Below are positions 26,493-34,331 of a stretch of 64,000 nt of DNA, one piece after another. Every line of letters starts with the position of its first letter. Within the stretch, counting starts at the first letter, position 1. The notes beneath the pieces are model-generated. The model was given only the letters and a program-made list of their open reading frames with translations, did not search any database and had not been told where the DNA came from. A program made the translations under genes and the position numbers. Source of the stretch: an uncultured Eubacteriales bacterium (GTDB lineage Bacteria > Acidobacteriota > Aminicenantia > Aminicenantales > Aminicenantaceae); assembly GCA_964406575.1 (NCBI GenBank), contig CAYOSH010000009.1:35014-99013 (forward strand). The letters are read 5' to 3'.

Positions 26493-27242
26493 TTATTCGG
26501 AGTACTTGGCGATCTCTTCTTCGTCGATGTCAAAATTCGCCCAGACATGTTGAACGTCATCGTGGTCTTCCAGTTCTTCCATAAGGCGCAGCAGTTGCTG
26601 TGCTTGTTTGCCTTCGAGTTTCACATAGTTTTGGGGGACGTATCCCAGGTTGGACGCGGCGATCTCGATGTTGTTTTCTTCAAGGGCACTAACCACGGCT
26701 TCGTAGTCATCTGGAGCTGTGAATATCTCATAGTTGCTCCCGTCTTCCTCCAAGTCTTCCGCACCGGCCTCTAAGATCAGATCCAGCAGCGTGTTTTCGG
26801 AGGCCTTGGATTTTTCGACCACGATATAGCCCTTCCGGTTGAACATCCAGGCGACACAGCCGGACTCACCCATATTTCCTCCATTTTTGGAGAAGATCCG
26901 CCTGATCTCGGATACAGTTCTGTTTTTGTTGTCGGTCAGTGTTTCCACATAAATAGCCACCCCACCTGCGCCGTAACCCTCGTATGAGAGTTCCTCATAG
27001 GTCGTGCCTTCAAGCTGACCCGTACCCTTCAAGATGGCTCTTTTGATGTTATCAGAGGGCATGTTCACAGCTTTGGCGTCCGCAATGGCTTTCCTTAGCC
27101 GGGGATTAGCATCTGGTTCACCCCCGCCAGTCCGTGCGGCAACAACCAGTTCACGGATGATCTTGGTGAACATCTTCCCTCTTTTGGCATCCTGAGCAGC
27201 TTTTTTATACTTGATCGAATGCCATTTTGAATGCCCTGACAT
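26493..27242 (-). CDS. YebC/PmpR-family DNA-binding regulator
   Basis: MSGHSKWHSIKYKKAAQDAKRGKMFTKIIRE... is a canonical YebC N-terminus. It lies upstream of ruvC, as in the E. coli yebC-ruvC arrangement. Confidence 0.9.
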   Translation of the reverse strand: MSGHSKWHSIKYKKAAQDAKRGKMFTKIIRELVVAARTGGGEPDANPRLRKAIADAKAVNMPSDNIKRAILKGTGQLEGTTYEELSYEGYGAGGVAIYVETLTDNKNRTVSEIRRIFSKNGGNMGESGCVAWMFNRKGYIVVEKSKASENTLLDLILEAGAEDLEEDGSNYEIFTAPDDYEAVVSALEENNIEIAASNLGYVPQNYVKLEGKQAQQLLRLMEELEDHDDVQHVWANFDIDEEEIAKYSE

Positions 27243-27445
27243 GTTCTCTCCTCTGACGTTGTTCCAGGAAATTGTAACACATACATCAAAATATTAAAAG
27301 CAAGCTTCTTTTGTGAGGGACCTCTTGAAAATTCCGATATATCGAGTATATATTAGAGCAGCGTTGAAACCTAAAAAAATGGCTTTGGGTGGTAGATAAT
27401 GCGTCCCCTTTCATTTCGGTCAAGTATTAAAAAAGAATAACAAGG

Positions 27446-28084
27446 TTGTCTGAATCAATGGATTCCAATCCAGATATTTCACAGAACAAACTTTATAATA
27501 AGGGACTCTATCTCGAATATTTTACTATCGCCTATAACATCGTGGAGGCTGTCTTGTCTATCCTCTTCGGGAGTTTGGCCAAGAGTATCGCTCTTGTTGG
27601 ATTCGGGCTGGACAGTATCGTCGAATCCCTATCCGGGATGATCTTGATCTGGAGGTTGCGCAAGCACGGGAAGATCCCCGAAGAGGAAGAGGAGAGGATC
27701 GAGAAAAAAGCCCAGAAATTTGTAGCCCTGACCTTCTTTACGCTGGGTCTCTATGTCCTCTTCCAATCTGTCAAAAAGTTAGTCTTCAAGGATATCCCCG
27801 ATCCTTCTATTCCTGGAATAATCATTGCTCTCGTATCGTTAATTGTGATGCCTGTGTTGAGCCATCAAAAACACAGGACGGGTAAACAGATCCGGAGCGA
27901 AGCCTTGATTGCCGACTCGAAAGAAACTCTGGCTTGCGCCTTCCTTTCCCTGGCGTTACTTATAGGGCTGGGATTGAATGTTCTCTTCGGATTCTGGCAG
28001 GCGGATGCCATTACGGGATTGATCATTGTTTTATTTTTAATGAGGGAAGGCCTTGAGATCTGGAGAGAATCAAGAGAAGAGTAA
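27446..28084 (+). CDS. cation-efflux (CDF-like) transmembrane-domain protein lacking a cytoplasmic C-terminal domain
   Basis: 212 aa, about 5-6 hydrophobic helices. AVLSILFGSLAKSIALVGFGLDSIVES and ALIADSKET resemble CDF TM2/TM5 metal-site regions. Start is TTG 27446 or ATG 27458. Confidence 0.6.
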   Translation: MSESMDSNPDISQNKLYNKGLYLEYFTIAYNIVEAVLSILFGSLAKSIALVGFGLDSIVESLSGMILIWRLRKHGKIPEEEEERIEKKAQKFVALTFFTLGLYVLFQSVKKLVFKDIPDPSIPGIIIALVSLIVMPVLSHQKHRTGKQIRSEALIADSKETLACAFLSLALLIGLGLNVLFGFWQADAITGLIIVLFLMREGLEIWRESREE

Positions 28085-28108
28085 AAAATTTCGGCTTTTT
28101 AAAAAATC

Positions 28109-28207
28109 ATGAGGAGACAGATTGACATCGCGGTCATTTTCTTGCTGATAAGTCTGGTCGGTTTCTGTCCGCTTTATGTAGCGCTTAGTATAAACAAGAA
28201 AATGTAA
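28109..28207 (+). CDS. possible 32-aa DUF2892 (YgaP-like TM) mini-protein or remnant
   Basis: MRRQIDIAVIFLLISLVGFCPLYVALSINKKM carries the G-F-C-P-L-Y signature of DUF2892. No convincing RBS. The ORF is below the ORF-track size cutoff. Confidence 0.25.
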   Translation: MRRQIDIAVIFLLISLVGFCPLYVALSINKKM

Positions 28208-28215
28208 TAAAAAAG

Positions 28216-28245
28216 TTGACAAGGCATAGGGGGGTATGGTATATT
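28216..28245 (+). promoter_or_regulatory. sigma70-like promoter with an embedded CsoR-operator-like G-tract site (site A)
   Basis: TTGACA (28216-28221), 18 nt, TATATT (28240-28245). The spacer contains CATAGGGGGGTATG (28225-28238), and the 12-mer TAGGGGGGTATG is shared with site C. Confidence 0.55.
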
Positions 28246-28308
28246 ATAATTGAAAGGAGATTCAAGATTGTTTAGAAGAAGTAAATTAAACGTAAGGAGG
28301 TAAAGAAA

Positions 28309-28524
28309 ATGTGGGGAAATCATTGGATGTTTGGGGGTTTTATGTGGATATTTTGGATTGGGGTGCTCGTGGCACTATTCTTCTTTATCAAATGGATAGT
28401 CCAACAAAAACCTGGCTATCAAAAACCTGAGGAAAATGCTCTGGATGTATTAAAAAAGAGATATGCAAAAGGTGAGATCGATAAAGATGAGTTCGAGCAG
28501 AAAAAAAAGGATTTATTATCATGA
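28309..28524 (+). CDS. small membrane protein with a C-terminal SHOCT domain
   Basis: One N-terminal TM helix (FGGFMWIFWIGVLVALFFFI) plus LKKRYAKGEIDKDEFEQKKKDLL (SHOCT signature). Strong RBS AAGGAGG. Confidence 0.8.
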   Translation: MWGNHWMFGGFMWIFWIGVLVALFFFIKWIVQQKPGYQKPEENALDVLKKRYAKGEIDKDEFEQKKKDLLS

Positions 28525-28865
28525 AGTTAGTAAAGGCCTATATCAGGACATTTATGGCCGATGATGTCATTAATGCCTTGAAAGATCTTAAGGCACCGAG
28601 GATTACGGCTATTGATGTAAAAGCACTTGGAGACGAGATTGACCCAGGTGATCTTAAAATTTCCGCAGAATTAAGCTCGACGTACACCACTATGGTAAAG
28701 ATTGAAATTGTCTGCACGGATGAATGTGTGGAGAGAGTAAAGGAAACAATTCTGAAGTATGCAAGAACGGGATATAAGGGCGATGGTTTAATTGCCATTT
28801 CGCATGTAGATGAGGCCATAAGCATAAGGACTGGGAAGAATGGAGTTTTACCATTTTCAGAGTAG
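28521..28865 (+). CDS. PII-superfamily (GlnB-like fold) protein with a divergent T-loop
   Basis: MKLVKAYIRTFMADDVINALKDL...MVKIEIVCTDECVERVKETILKYARTGYKGDGLIAISHVDEAISIRTG parallels GlnB/GlnK (MKKIEAIIRPFKLDEV...KIEIVV...ARTGEIGDGKIFV...IRTGE). ATGA overlap with the SHOCT gene. Confidence 0.8.
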   Translation: MKLVKAYIRTFMADDVINALKDLKAPRITAIDVKALGDEIDPGDLKISAELSSTYTTMVKIEIVCTDECVERVKETILKYARTGYKGDGLIAISHVDEAISIRTGKNGVLPFSE

Positions 28866-28912
28866 GAAATTACATACAAGCTTAATAAATTTTATACAGA
28901 AGGTGAATAAGA

Positions 28913-29287
28913 ATGAAAGATCCGATTGTGAGAAAAAGAAAGGTTGCTGTGGTAAGTTTGGCCCAGGTTTCAGACATCAATCGGATTAAAGAGAGCTTGA
29001 TGAAGATAACCGGGATGATTTCCGTAGATGCAGATGTTCAAAAAAATGTTCTCAAATTGGAATATGACCTGAGAAAAATAAAATTTGAGGTTATAGAGAA
29101 ATCAATAAAAGAATTGGGCTTGAAGTTGTCTCAGAAGTTTTTCCAAAGATGTAAAAGAGGAATGGCCAAATTCACTGAACAGAATGAATTGGATAATCTA
29201 AATGCTCCATTATCATCATGTTGTGATGATCCTAAAGGAAATGCCCGGGATTGTAAGAGTTGTATTACGCAAGGAAAAAATTTTTAG
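28913..29287 (+). CDS. degenerate HMA-like (ferredoxin-fold) domain protein with a Cys-rich tail
   Basis: KVAVVSLAQVSDINRIKESLMKITGMISVDADVQKNVLKLEYD...IEKSIKELGLKL follows the CopZ/HMA beta-alpha-beta-beta-alpha-beta pattern, but the GMxCxxC loop is replaced by SLAQVSD. The tail reads SSCCDDPKGNARDCKSC. Confidence 0.55.
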   Translation: MKDPIVRKRKVAVVSLAQVSDINRIKESLMKITGMISVDADVQKNVLKLEYDLRKIKFEVIEKSIKELGLKLSQKFFQRCKRGMAKFTEQNELDNLNAPLSSCCDDPKGNARDCKSCITQGKNF

Positions 29288-29297
29288 GCAACAATAA

Positions 29298-29317
29298 TAC
29301 CATAGCCGGGTATGGTA
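29298..29317 (+). promoter_or_regulatory. perfect 7-bp inverted repeat, CsoR-operator-like (site B)
   Basis: TACCATA-GCCGGG-TATGGTA, located 54 nt upstream of the second SHOCT-type reading frame. Confidence 0.45.
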
Positions 29318-29370
29318 ATGAACATGAAGGTAAATTCAATATAAGGAGGCAAAAATATAAGGAGACAAAA

Positions 29371-29567
29371 ATGTTGATGGGAGGCATGGGAATCCTATGG
29401 ATTCTGAATTAGTAGGTATTGCTTTTTTGTTTAAAGAGCGCTTTCAGAGCAAAAGAGAGGATGAAGTTAAAAATCAAGCTGGTGCAGTTGAGGTATTGAA
29501 ACAGAGATATGCTAGAGGAGATATCGATAGAAATGAGTTTGAGCAGAAAAAGAGAGATCTTTTATAA
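29371..29567 (+). pseudogene. second SHOCT-domain membrane protein gene, apparently frameshifted
   Basis: ATG 29371 (RBS AAGGAG) encodes MLMGGMGILWILN, then TAG at 29410-29412. The rest (VGIAFLFKERF...VEVLKQRYARGDIDRNEFEQKKRDLL*) continues in another frame, which has its own ATG at 29397 and stops at 29565-29567. Joined, the two parts parallel the gene at 28309. Confidence 0.55.
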
Positions 29568-29673
29568 AGGAAGGTTTTATATTTTTTAGAGGCGTAAAAG
29601 TGGGTGGAGAGAACATTCTCATTTTGGAAAAAACCGATATAAAAAATAAAAATATCGAAAGGAGGTGAGAAAG

Positions 29674-29838
29674 ATGACAGAAAGAGTGAAAGATTTAGTG
29701 TGTGGCATGGAGTTTGAAAAAGAGACTGCAAGCGGCTCATTCGAGTACAAAGGAAAAACCTATTATTTTTGCAGCCTAGGATGTAAGGATAAATTTGCTC
29801 AATATCCCGAGAAGTATATTGTTCAAGAGGAAAAATGA
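29674..29838 (+). CDS. 54-aa stand-alone YHS/TRASH-domain metal-binding protein (absent from the ORF track because it is too short)
   Basis: RBS AAAGGAGG lies 7 nt upstream. [54 protein letters not shown] has the C-G-M ... Y-Y-F-C-S..C YHS pattern. Confidence 0.75.
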   Translation: MTERVKDLVCGMEFEKETASGSFEYKGKTYYFCSLGCKDKFAQYPEKYIVQEEK

Positions 29839-29906
29839 GCATGTCCTAAATAAGAAGATCAATCATTTTTAAAAAGGACAGATTATTAAGAAAGGAGGTG
29901 ACAAGA

Positions 29907-30341
29907 ATGGGTAAGAACTTGAAAAAAGCAGGTGCTTTTTCTTTTATCGCAGTCCTCGTTCTTGCAGCGGCAGCCATCGGTTTTACGAGCCAGCAAACAG
30001 GCATGATGCACCAGAAGGAAATGATGGGGAAGATGGACAAAATGATGGGAAGTTGCAGCCAGATGATGATGAACATGGATAAAATGCTGATGAAGCAGTG
30101 TCCTGCGATGATGGGCATGATGATGAACATGAAAAATATGTCCCAGCAAACCAAAGCCATGATGGAGCATATGAATTCTCTGATGATGGATGAAGAATAC
30201 AAGAATAATGACATGATGAAGAGTTACATGGATACGATTCAGGAACACATGCAGACAATGAGCAATTCCATGCAGAAAGTCATGGAGACCATGCAGAAGA
30301 TGACAGAAAAAGCCTCAGAAATGCAGAAAGAGAAAAAGTAG
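29907..30341 (+). CDS. exported methionine-rich protein (putative Cu(I)/Ag(I) 'sponge')
   Basis: ATG 29907 follows AAAGGAGG. Signal/anchor MGKNLKKAGAFSFIAVLVLAAAAIG. The remainder is extremely Met-rich (MMHQKEMMGKMDKMMGSCSQMMMNMDKMLMKQCPAMMGMMMNMKNM...). Confidence 0.8.
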   Translation: MGKNLKKAGAFSFIAVLVLAAAAIGFTSQQTGMMHQKEMMGKMDKMMGSCSQMMMNMDKMLMKQCPAMMGMMMNMKNMSQQTKAMMEHMNSLMMDEEYKNNDMMKSYMDTIQEHMQTMSNSMQKVMETMQKMTEKASEMQKEKK

Positions 30342-30385
30342 CCGGTCAATGGAGGGTCGGCACCATGGATCGTGTCGGTCCTCAT

Positions 30386-30415
30386 TTGACATACTTTAGG
30401 GGGGTATGCTATTGT
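30386..30415 (+). promoter_or_regulatory. sigma70-like promoter with an embedded CsoR-operator-like site (site C), upstream of csoR
   Basis: TTGACA (30386-30391), 18 nt, TATTGT (30410-30415). The spacer holds CATACTTTAGGGGGGTATG (30390-30408), i.e. ATAC/GTAT half-sites around a G6 tract. Confidence 0.6.
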
Positions 30416-30462
30416 AGTGAGAAGAAAAAGAAAATTGGTCTCTGAGTTTAAAGGAGGTTTTA

Positions 30463-30747
30463 ATGAATGATCAGATAACAACCCACGAAGAAGAACTCGT
30501 CAGGCTCAGAAGAATAGAAGGACAGATTCGTGGAATTCAGAAAATGATCGAGGAGAAAAGGTACTGTGTTGATATACTGACACAGCTTACATCGATCGTA
30601 GGCGCGATAAAGAGTGTTGAGGAGAATATCTTGGAAAGACACCTGAAGGGTTGTGTACATCAATCTTTCATAAAGGGAAGCAAAGAGGACAAAGCAAGGA
30701 AAATAAATGAAGTTGTAGACGTCTTGAAAAAGTTTAGAAGGTATTGA
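30463..30747 (+). CDS. csoR: CsoR/RcnR-family (DUF156) metal-sensing repressor, Cu(I)-sensor type
   Basis: 94 aa. LRRIEGQIRGIQKMIEEKRYCVDILTQL...ERHLKGCV has Cys, His and Cys at the positions of the CsoR Cu(I) ligand triad (x-C-H-C pattern). Confidence 0.85.
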   Translation: MNDQITTHEEELVRLRRIEGQIRGIQKMIEEKRYCVDILTQLTSIVGAIKSVEENILERHLKGCVHQSFIKGSKEDKARKINEVVDVLKKFRRY

Positions 30748-30757
30748 AAGGAAAAAA

Positions 30758-31144
30758 ATGAGCTATTATTTCAATAAAACAATTAAGGGATCGTTTGAAA
30801 AGGTGATTGAAAAGGTGACGGCATCTCTTAATAATGAAGGATTCGGAATTCTAACAGCGATAGATGTGAAAGAAATCCTAAAGAAAAAAATGGATGTCAA
30901 TTTCAGAAAATATAAAATTCTTGGGGCTTGCAATCCGCCTTTTGCCTATAAAGCCCTTCAAGCCGAAGATAAGATAGGAACCATGCTCCCCTGCAATGTC
31001 ATAGTGCAAGAGATAGCGGAGAATGAGGTTGAAGTTGCCGCGGTTGATCCGATCGCTTCGATGAAAGCCATCGATAATCAAGAACTTTTTGGGATTGCAA
31101 CGCAAGTCCAAGAAAAATTAAAGAACATGGTTAATCACCTCTAA
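30758..31144 (+). CDS. DUF302-domain protein
   Basis: 128 aa. SFEKVIEKVTASLNNEGFGILTAIDVKEILKKK...YKILGACNPPFAYKAL...MLPCNVIVQE is the DUF302 pattern. Confidence 0.75.
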   Translation: MSYYFNKTIKGSFEKVIEKVTASLNNEGFGILTAIDVKEILKKKMDVNFRKYKILGACNPPFAYKALQAEDKIGTMLPCNVIVQEIAENEVEVAAVDPIASMKAIDNQELFGIATQVQEKLKNMVNHL

Positions 31145-31173
31145 AGTATCGTTAATTTTAAGGAGCAATTTTG

Positions 31174-33843
31174 ATGGCTAAAGACCTAGTCTGTGGCATG
31201 GAAGTAAACAAAGATGAAGCAGCGGCCTCATCTTTATATAAAGGTAAAAAGTACTATTTTTGTTCTCCTGTGTGCAAAACAAAATTCGATGAGAATCCGG
31301 AAAAATATCTGAAGGCTAGTGAGAATAAGGGATGTGATGTTAATTTTGGCAGTCAAACTTCTCAAGAAAAAAGTCTTCCAAAGCCTGAGAATAAGCACGG
31401 AGCAATGACGGAAAGAATTGACCTCCCCATTGTTGGGATGAGCTGTGCCAGTTGTGCCTCGACTATCCAACGGAATTTATCCCATCTCAAGGGAGTGGAA
31501 AAAGCTAATGTTAATTTTGCAACCTCTAAGGCCACGATATTTTTCCAGCCACAGGATATTAAGCCTGAAGATTTTATCACCTCAATTCGGAAAAGTGGCT
31601 ATGAAGTAGGAACCGTTACAGTTGAACTTCCTATTAAAGGAATTCAATGTGCATCATGTGTTCAAAAAATTGAGAGAGCTCTTATGCAAACCAGGGGTGT
31701 CACAAAAGCCGTAGTAAATTTAGCAACCGAAAGAGCAAAAGTTGAATATCTGCCCACTGAAATAAACTTGGAGGAAATAAAACGCGCCATAGAATCTACG
31801 GGTTATAAAGTGCTTGAACTATCTCCTTCAGATGAAGGCTTAGATCCAGAAAAGGCCATTCGTGAAAGAGAATACAAGAAGCTAAAAACAAAATTTATGG
31901 TGGGGCTTAGCCTTGGTCTTATCGTGTTTCTGGGAAGTTCGCGGCACTGGTTTCCCTGGATCCCAGAAATTTTTGGCAATTTTTATGTGCTTTGGGCTCT
32001 TGCTACGCCGGTTCAATTCGTGATCGGCTGGCAATTTTACAAGGGGGCTTGGGGTGCCTTCAAGCACAGAAGCGCGGATATGAACACCTTAATTGTGGTT
32101 GGAACCTCTGCGGCCTATTTATACAGCGTGACAGCCACTGTATTCCCCTCTTTTTTTAAGGTAGGCGGTATTAAGGCACATGTTTATTTCGATACTTCTG
32201 CATTGATTATCGTTCTCATATTGTTGGGAAGACTCCTTGAAGCAAGAGCTAAAGGGCAGACTTCTGATGCCATCAAGAAGCTCATGGGTTTACAGCCAAA
32301 AACAGCTCGAGTCATCAGAGATGGAAAAGAAATGGACATTCATGTTGAAGAGGTTCTTGTCAGTGATATTGTCACCGTGAGGCCTGGAGAGAAAATACCG
32401 GTAGATGGAATTATCCGGGAAGGGAAGTCTGCCGTGGATGAGTCCATGATAACAGGAGAAAGCATACCGGTCAAAAAGAGCCCTGGCAGCGAAGTCATCG
32501 GAGCCACAATTAATAAAACAGGAAGTTTCAAGTTTCAGGCCACAAAAGTAGGAAAAAATACCGCACTTGCTCAAATAATAAAGCTGGTCCAGGATGCTCA
32601 AGGTTCAAAGGCCCCTATACAAAGATTGGCAGACGTCATTTCCGGATATTTTGTACCCATAGTCATTTCGATTGCCATTGCCACTTTCATTATATGGTTT
32701 AACTTCGGTCCGATCCCGTCTCTTACCTTCGCTCTGCTGAATTTCGTGGCGGTAATGATTATCGCCTGTCCCTGTGCGTTGGGATTGGCCACACCAACGG
32801 CTGTTATGGTTGGGACGGGAAAAGGCGCTGAGAACGGAATTTTAATCAAGGGAGGAGAAAGCTTAGAAACTGCTCATAAATTGGATACAATCGTTTTTGA
32901 CAAAACAGGAACATTGACCAAAGGGGAACCGGAGGTTACGGATATTATTGCCGTCAATGGTTTTTCCGAGGAAGAAATCTTGAAGTATGCGGCAAGCGCT
33001 GAGAAGAACTCTGAGCACCCGCTTGCTGAGGCACTTATAAAAAGTGCGAAAGAGAAGGAGATCAAGCTATTTGATCCCGAGCAGTTTAATGCAATCGGGG
33101 GGCATGGTATCGAGGCAAACATCAACGGTAAGGAAATACTCCTCGGTAACGCAAAACTCATGCGCGATCGGCAAATTGAAATCAAGAATCTCGAAACGAA
33201 GGCAGAGGATCTCGCACAGGATGGAAAGACTCCCATATACATTTCGCTTGCAGGAAGGACTGCCGGACTAATTGGGGTGGCTGACACATTAAAAGAAAGT
33301 TCCGTCCGAGCGGTAGGCAAACTTCAGAAAATGGGACTTAAGGTCGTTATGCTTACAGGCGATAACAGAAAGACCGCTGAGGCTATCGCTAAAAAAGCTG
33401 GGATTGATAATGTGCTTTCTGAAGTTCTGCCAGAAGATAAAGTGCATGAGATAAAAAAGCTCCAATCGGGAGGTCGGAGAGTGGCAATGGTGGGTGACGG
33501 AATAAATGATGCGCCAGCACTTGCCCAAGCCGATATTGGGATTGCCATTGGATCAGGTACGGATGTGGCAATGGAAGCATCTGATATCACTTTGATAAAA
33601 GGTGATTTAAGTGGGGTTGTTTCTGCCATTGAATTGAGTAAAAAGACAATCAGAATTATAAAACAGAATCTCTTTTGGGCCTTTTTTTACAATACGGCGG
33701 GTATTCCGATTGCAGCTGGAATCCTTTATCCATTCTTTGGGATCTTGCTTAATCCCATTTTCGCGTCTATGGCAATGGCTTTTAGTTCAGTTTCAGTGGT
33801 TTCTAATTCTTTAAGGCTTAGACGAGTCAAGCTGAGAGATTAA
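31174..33843 (+). CDS. copA: copper-translocating P1B-type ATPase with an N-terminal YHS domain and two HMA domains
   Basis: YHS ([12 protein letters not shown]...[14 protein letters not shown]), HMA x2 ([18 protein letters not shown]), TGES, CPC ([11 protein letters not shown]), DKTGTLT and GDGINDAP. Confidence 0.95.
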   Translation: MAKDLVCGMEVNKDEAAASSLYKGKKYYFCSPVCKTKFDENPEKYLKASENKGCDVNFGSQTSQEKSLPKPENKHGAMTERIDLPIVGMSCASCASTIQRNLSHLKGVEKANVNFATSKATIFFQPQDIKPEDFITSIRKSGYEVGTVTVELPIKGIQCASCVQKIERALMQTRGVTKAVVNLATERAKVEYLPTEINLEEIKRAIESTGYKVLELSPSDEGLDPEKAIREREYKKLKTKFMVGLSLGLIVFLGSSRHWFPWIPEIFGNFYVLWALATPVQFVIGWQFYKGAWGAFKHRSADMNTLIVVGTSAAYLYSVTATVFPSFFKVGGIKAHVYFDTSALIIVLILLGRLLEARAKGQTSDAIKKLMGLQPKTARVIRDGKEMDIHVEEVLVSDIVTVRPGEKIPVDGIIREGKSAVDESMITGESIPVKKSPGSEVIGATINKTGSFKFQATKVGKNTALAQIIKLVQDAQGSKAPIQRLADVISGYFVPIVISIAIATFIIWFNFGPIPSLTFALLNFVAVMIIACPCALGLATPTAVMVGTGKGAENGILIKGGESLETAHKLDTIVFDKTGTLTKGEPEVTDIIAVNGFSEEEILKYAASAEKNSEHPLAEALIKSAKEKEIKLFDPEQFNAIGGHGIEANINGKEILLGNAKLMRDRQIEIKNLETKAEDLAQDGKTPIYISLAGRTAGLIGVADTLKESSVRAVGKLQKMGLKVVMLTGDNRKTAEAIAKKAGIDNVLSEVLPEDKVHEIKKLQSGGRRVAMVGDGINDAPALAQADIGIAIGSGTDVAMEASDITLIKGDLSGVVSAIELSKKTIRIIKQNLFWAFFYNTAGIPIAAGILYPFFGILLNPIFASMAMAFSSVSVVSNSLRLRRVKLRD

Positions 33844-33858
33844 TTCAGGAGTTTCGTA

Positions 33859-34233
33859 ATGTTAGTGAAAATAATAGTCACAGTTTTTGGTGCCGGAATC
33901 ATAATATTGGTCAATTGGTACTTTTTATTCTCAAGAAGAAAGACTTTTCAAGCTGAGTTAAAGGAGAAGGGAATCCAGGAAATCAAAGTTGTGGTCAAGG
34001 GGGGATACAGTCCGGATACTATTGTTGTGAAAAAGGGGATCCCTGTTCGGTTGTTTTTTTATAGAGATGAAACAGCAGATTGTTCAGATACTATTGTTTT
34101 CGGAGATTTCAAGATAAGAAAAGCCCTTCCTGCTTTTAAAACGACAGTAATTGAATTTACTCCTGAAAAAGAAGGGGAGTATGTGTTTACCTGTGGGATG
34201 GGAATGATGAGAGGAAAGCTCATCGTAAGGTAG
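33859..34233 (+). CDS. membrane-anchored cupredoxin-like domain protein
   Basis: N-terminal TM helix, then GYSPDTIVVKKGIPVRLFFYRDE...EGEYVFTCGMGMMRGKLIV (cupredoxin_1-type C..M motif). Confidence 0.7.
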   Translation: MLVKIIVTVFGAGIIILVNWYFLFSRRKTFQAELKEKGIQEIKVVVKGGYSPDTIVVKKGIPVRLFFYRDETADCSDTIVFGDFKIRKALPAFKTTVIEFTPEKEGEYVFTCGMGMMRGKLIVR

Positions 34234-34331
34234 GCATGAGAAAGAAAAACGGCTAATAAAAAGAAAGAAATTGATGATGTCATGAACTCTGTATACAAGT
34301 TTATCAACTAAATTTAAAAAGGAAAAAGAAA

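Noticed and set aside
29846-30258. Three minus-strand ORFs (91-122 aa), one strikingly His-rich (…HHHAHHRRTLLHQHFIHVHHH…), which could be mistaken for metal-binding proteins.
   Set aside because: They are antisense shadows of the Met-rich gene, because runs of ATG read as CAT (His) on the other strand. They have no RBS and overlap a plus-strand gene that has a strong RBS and a signal peptide.
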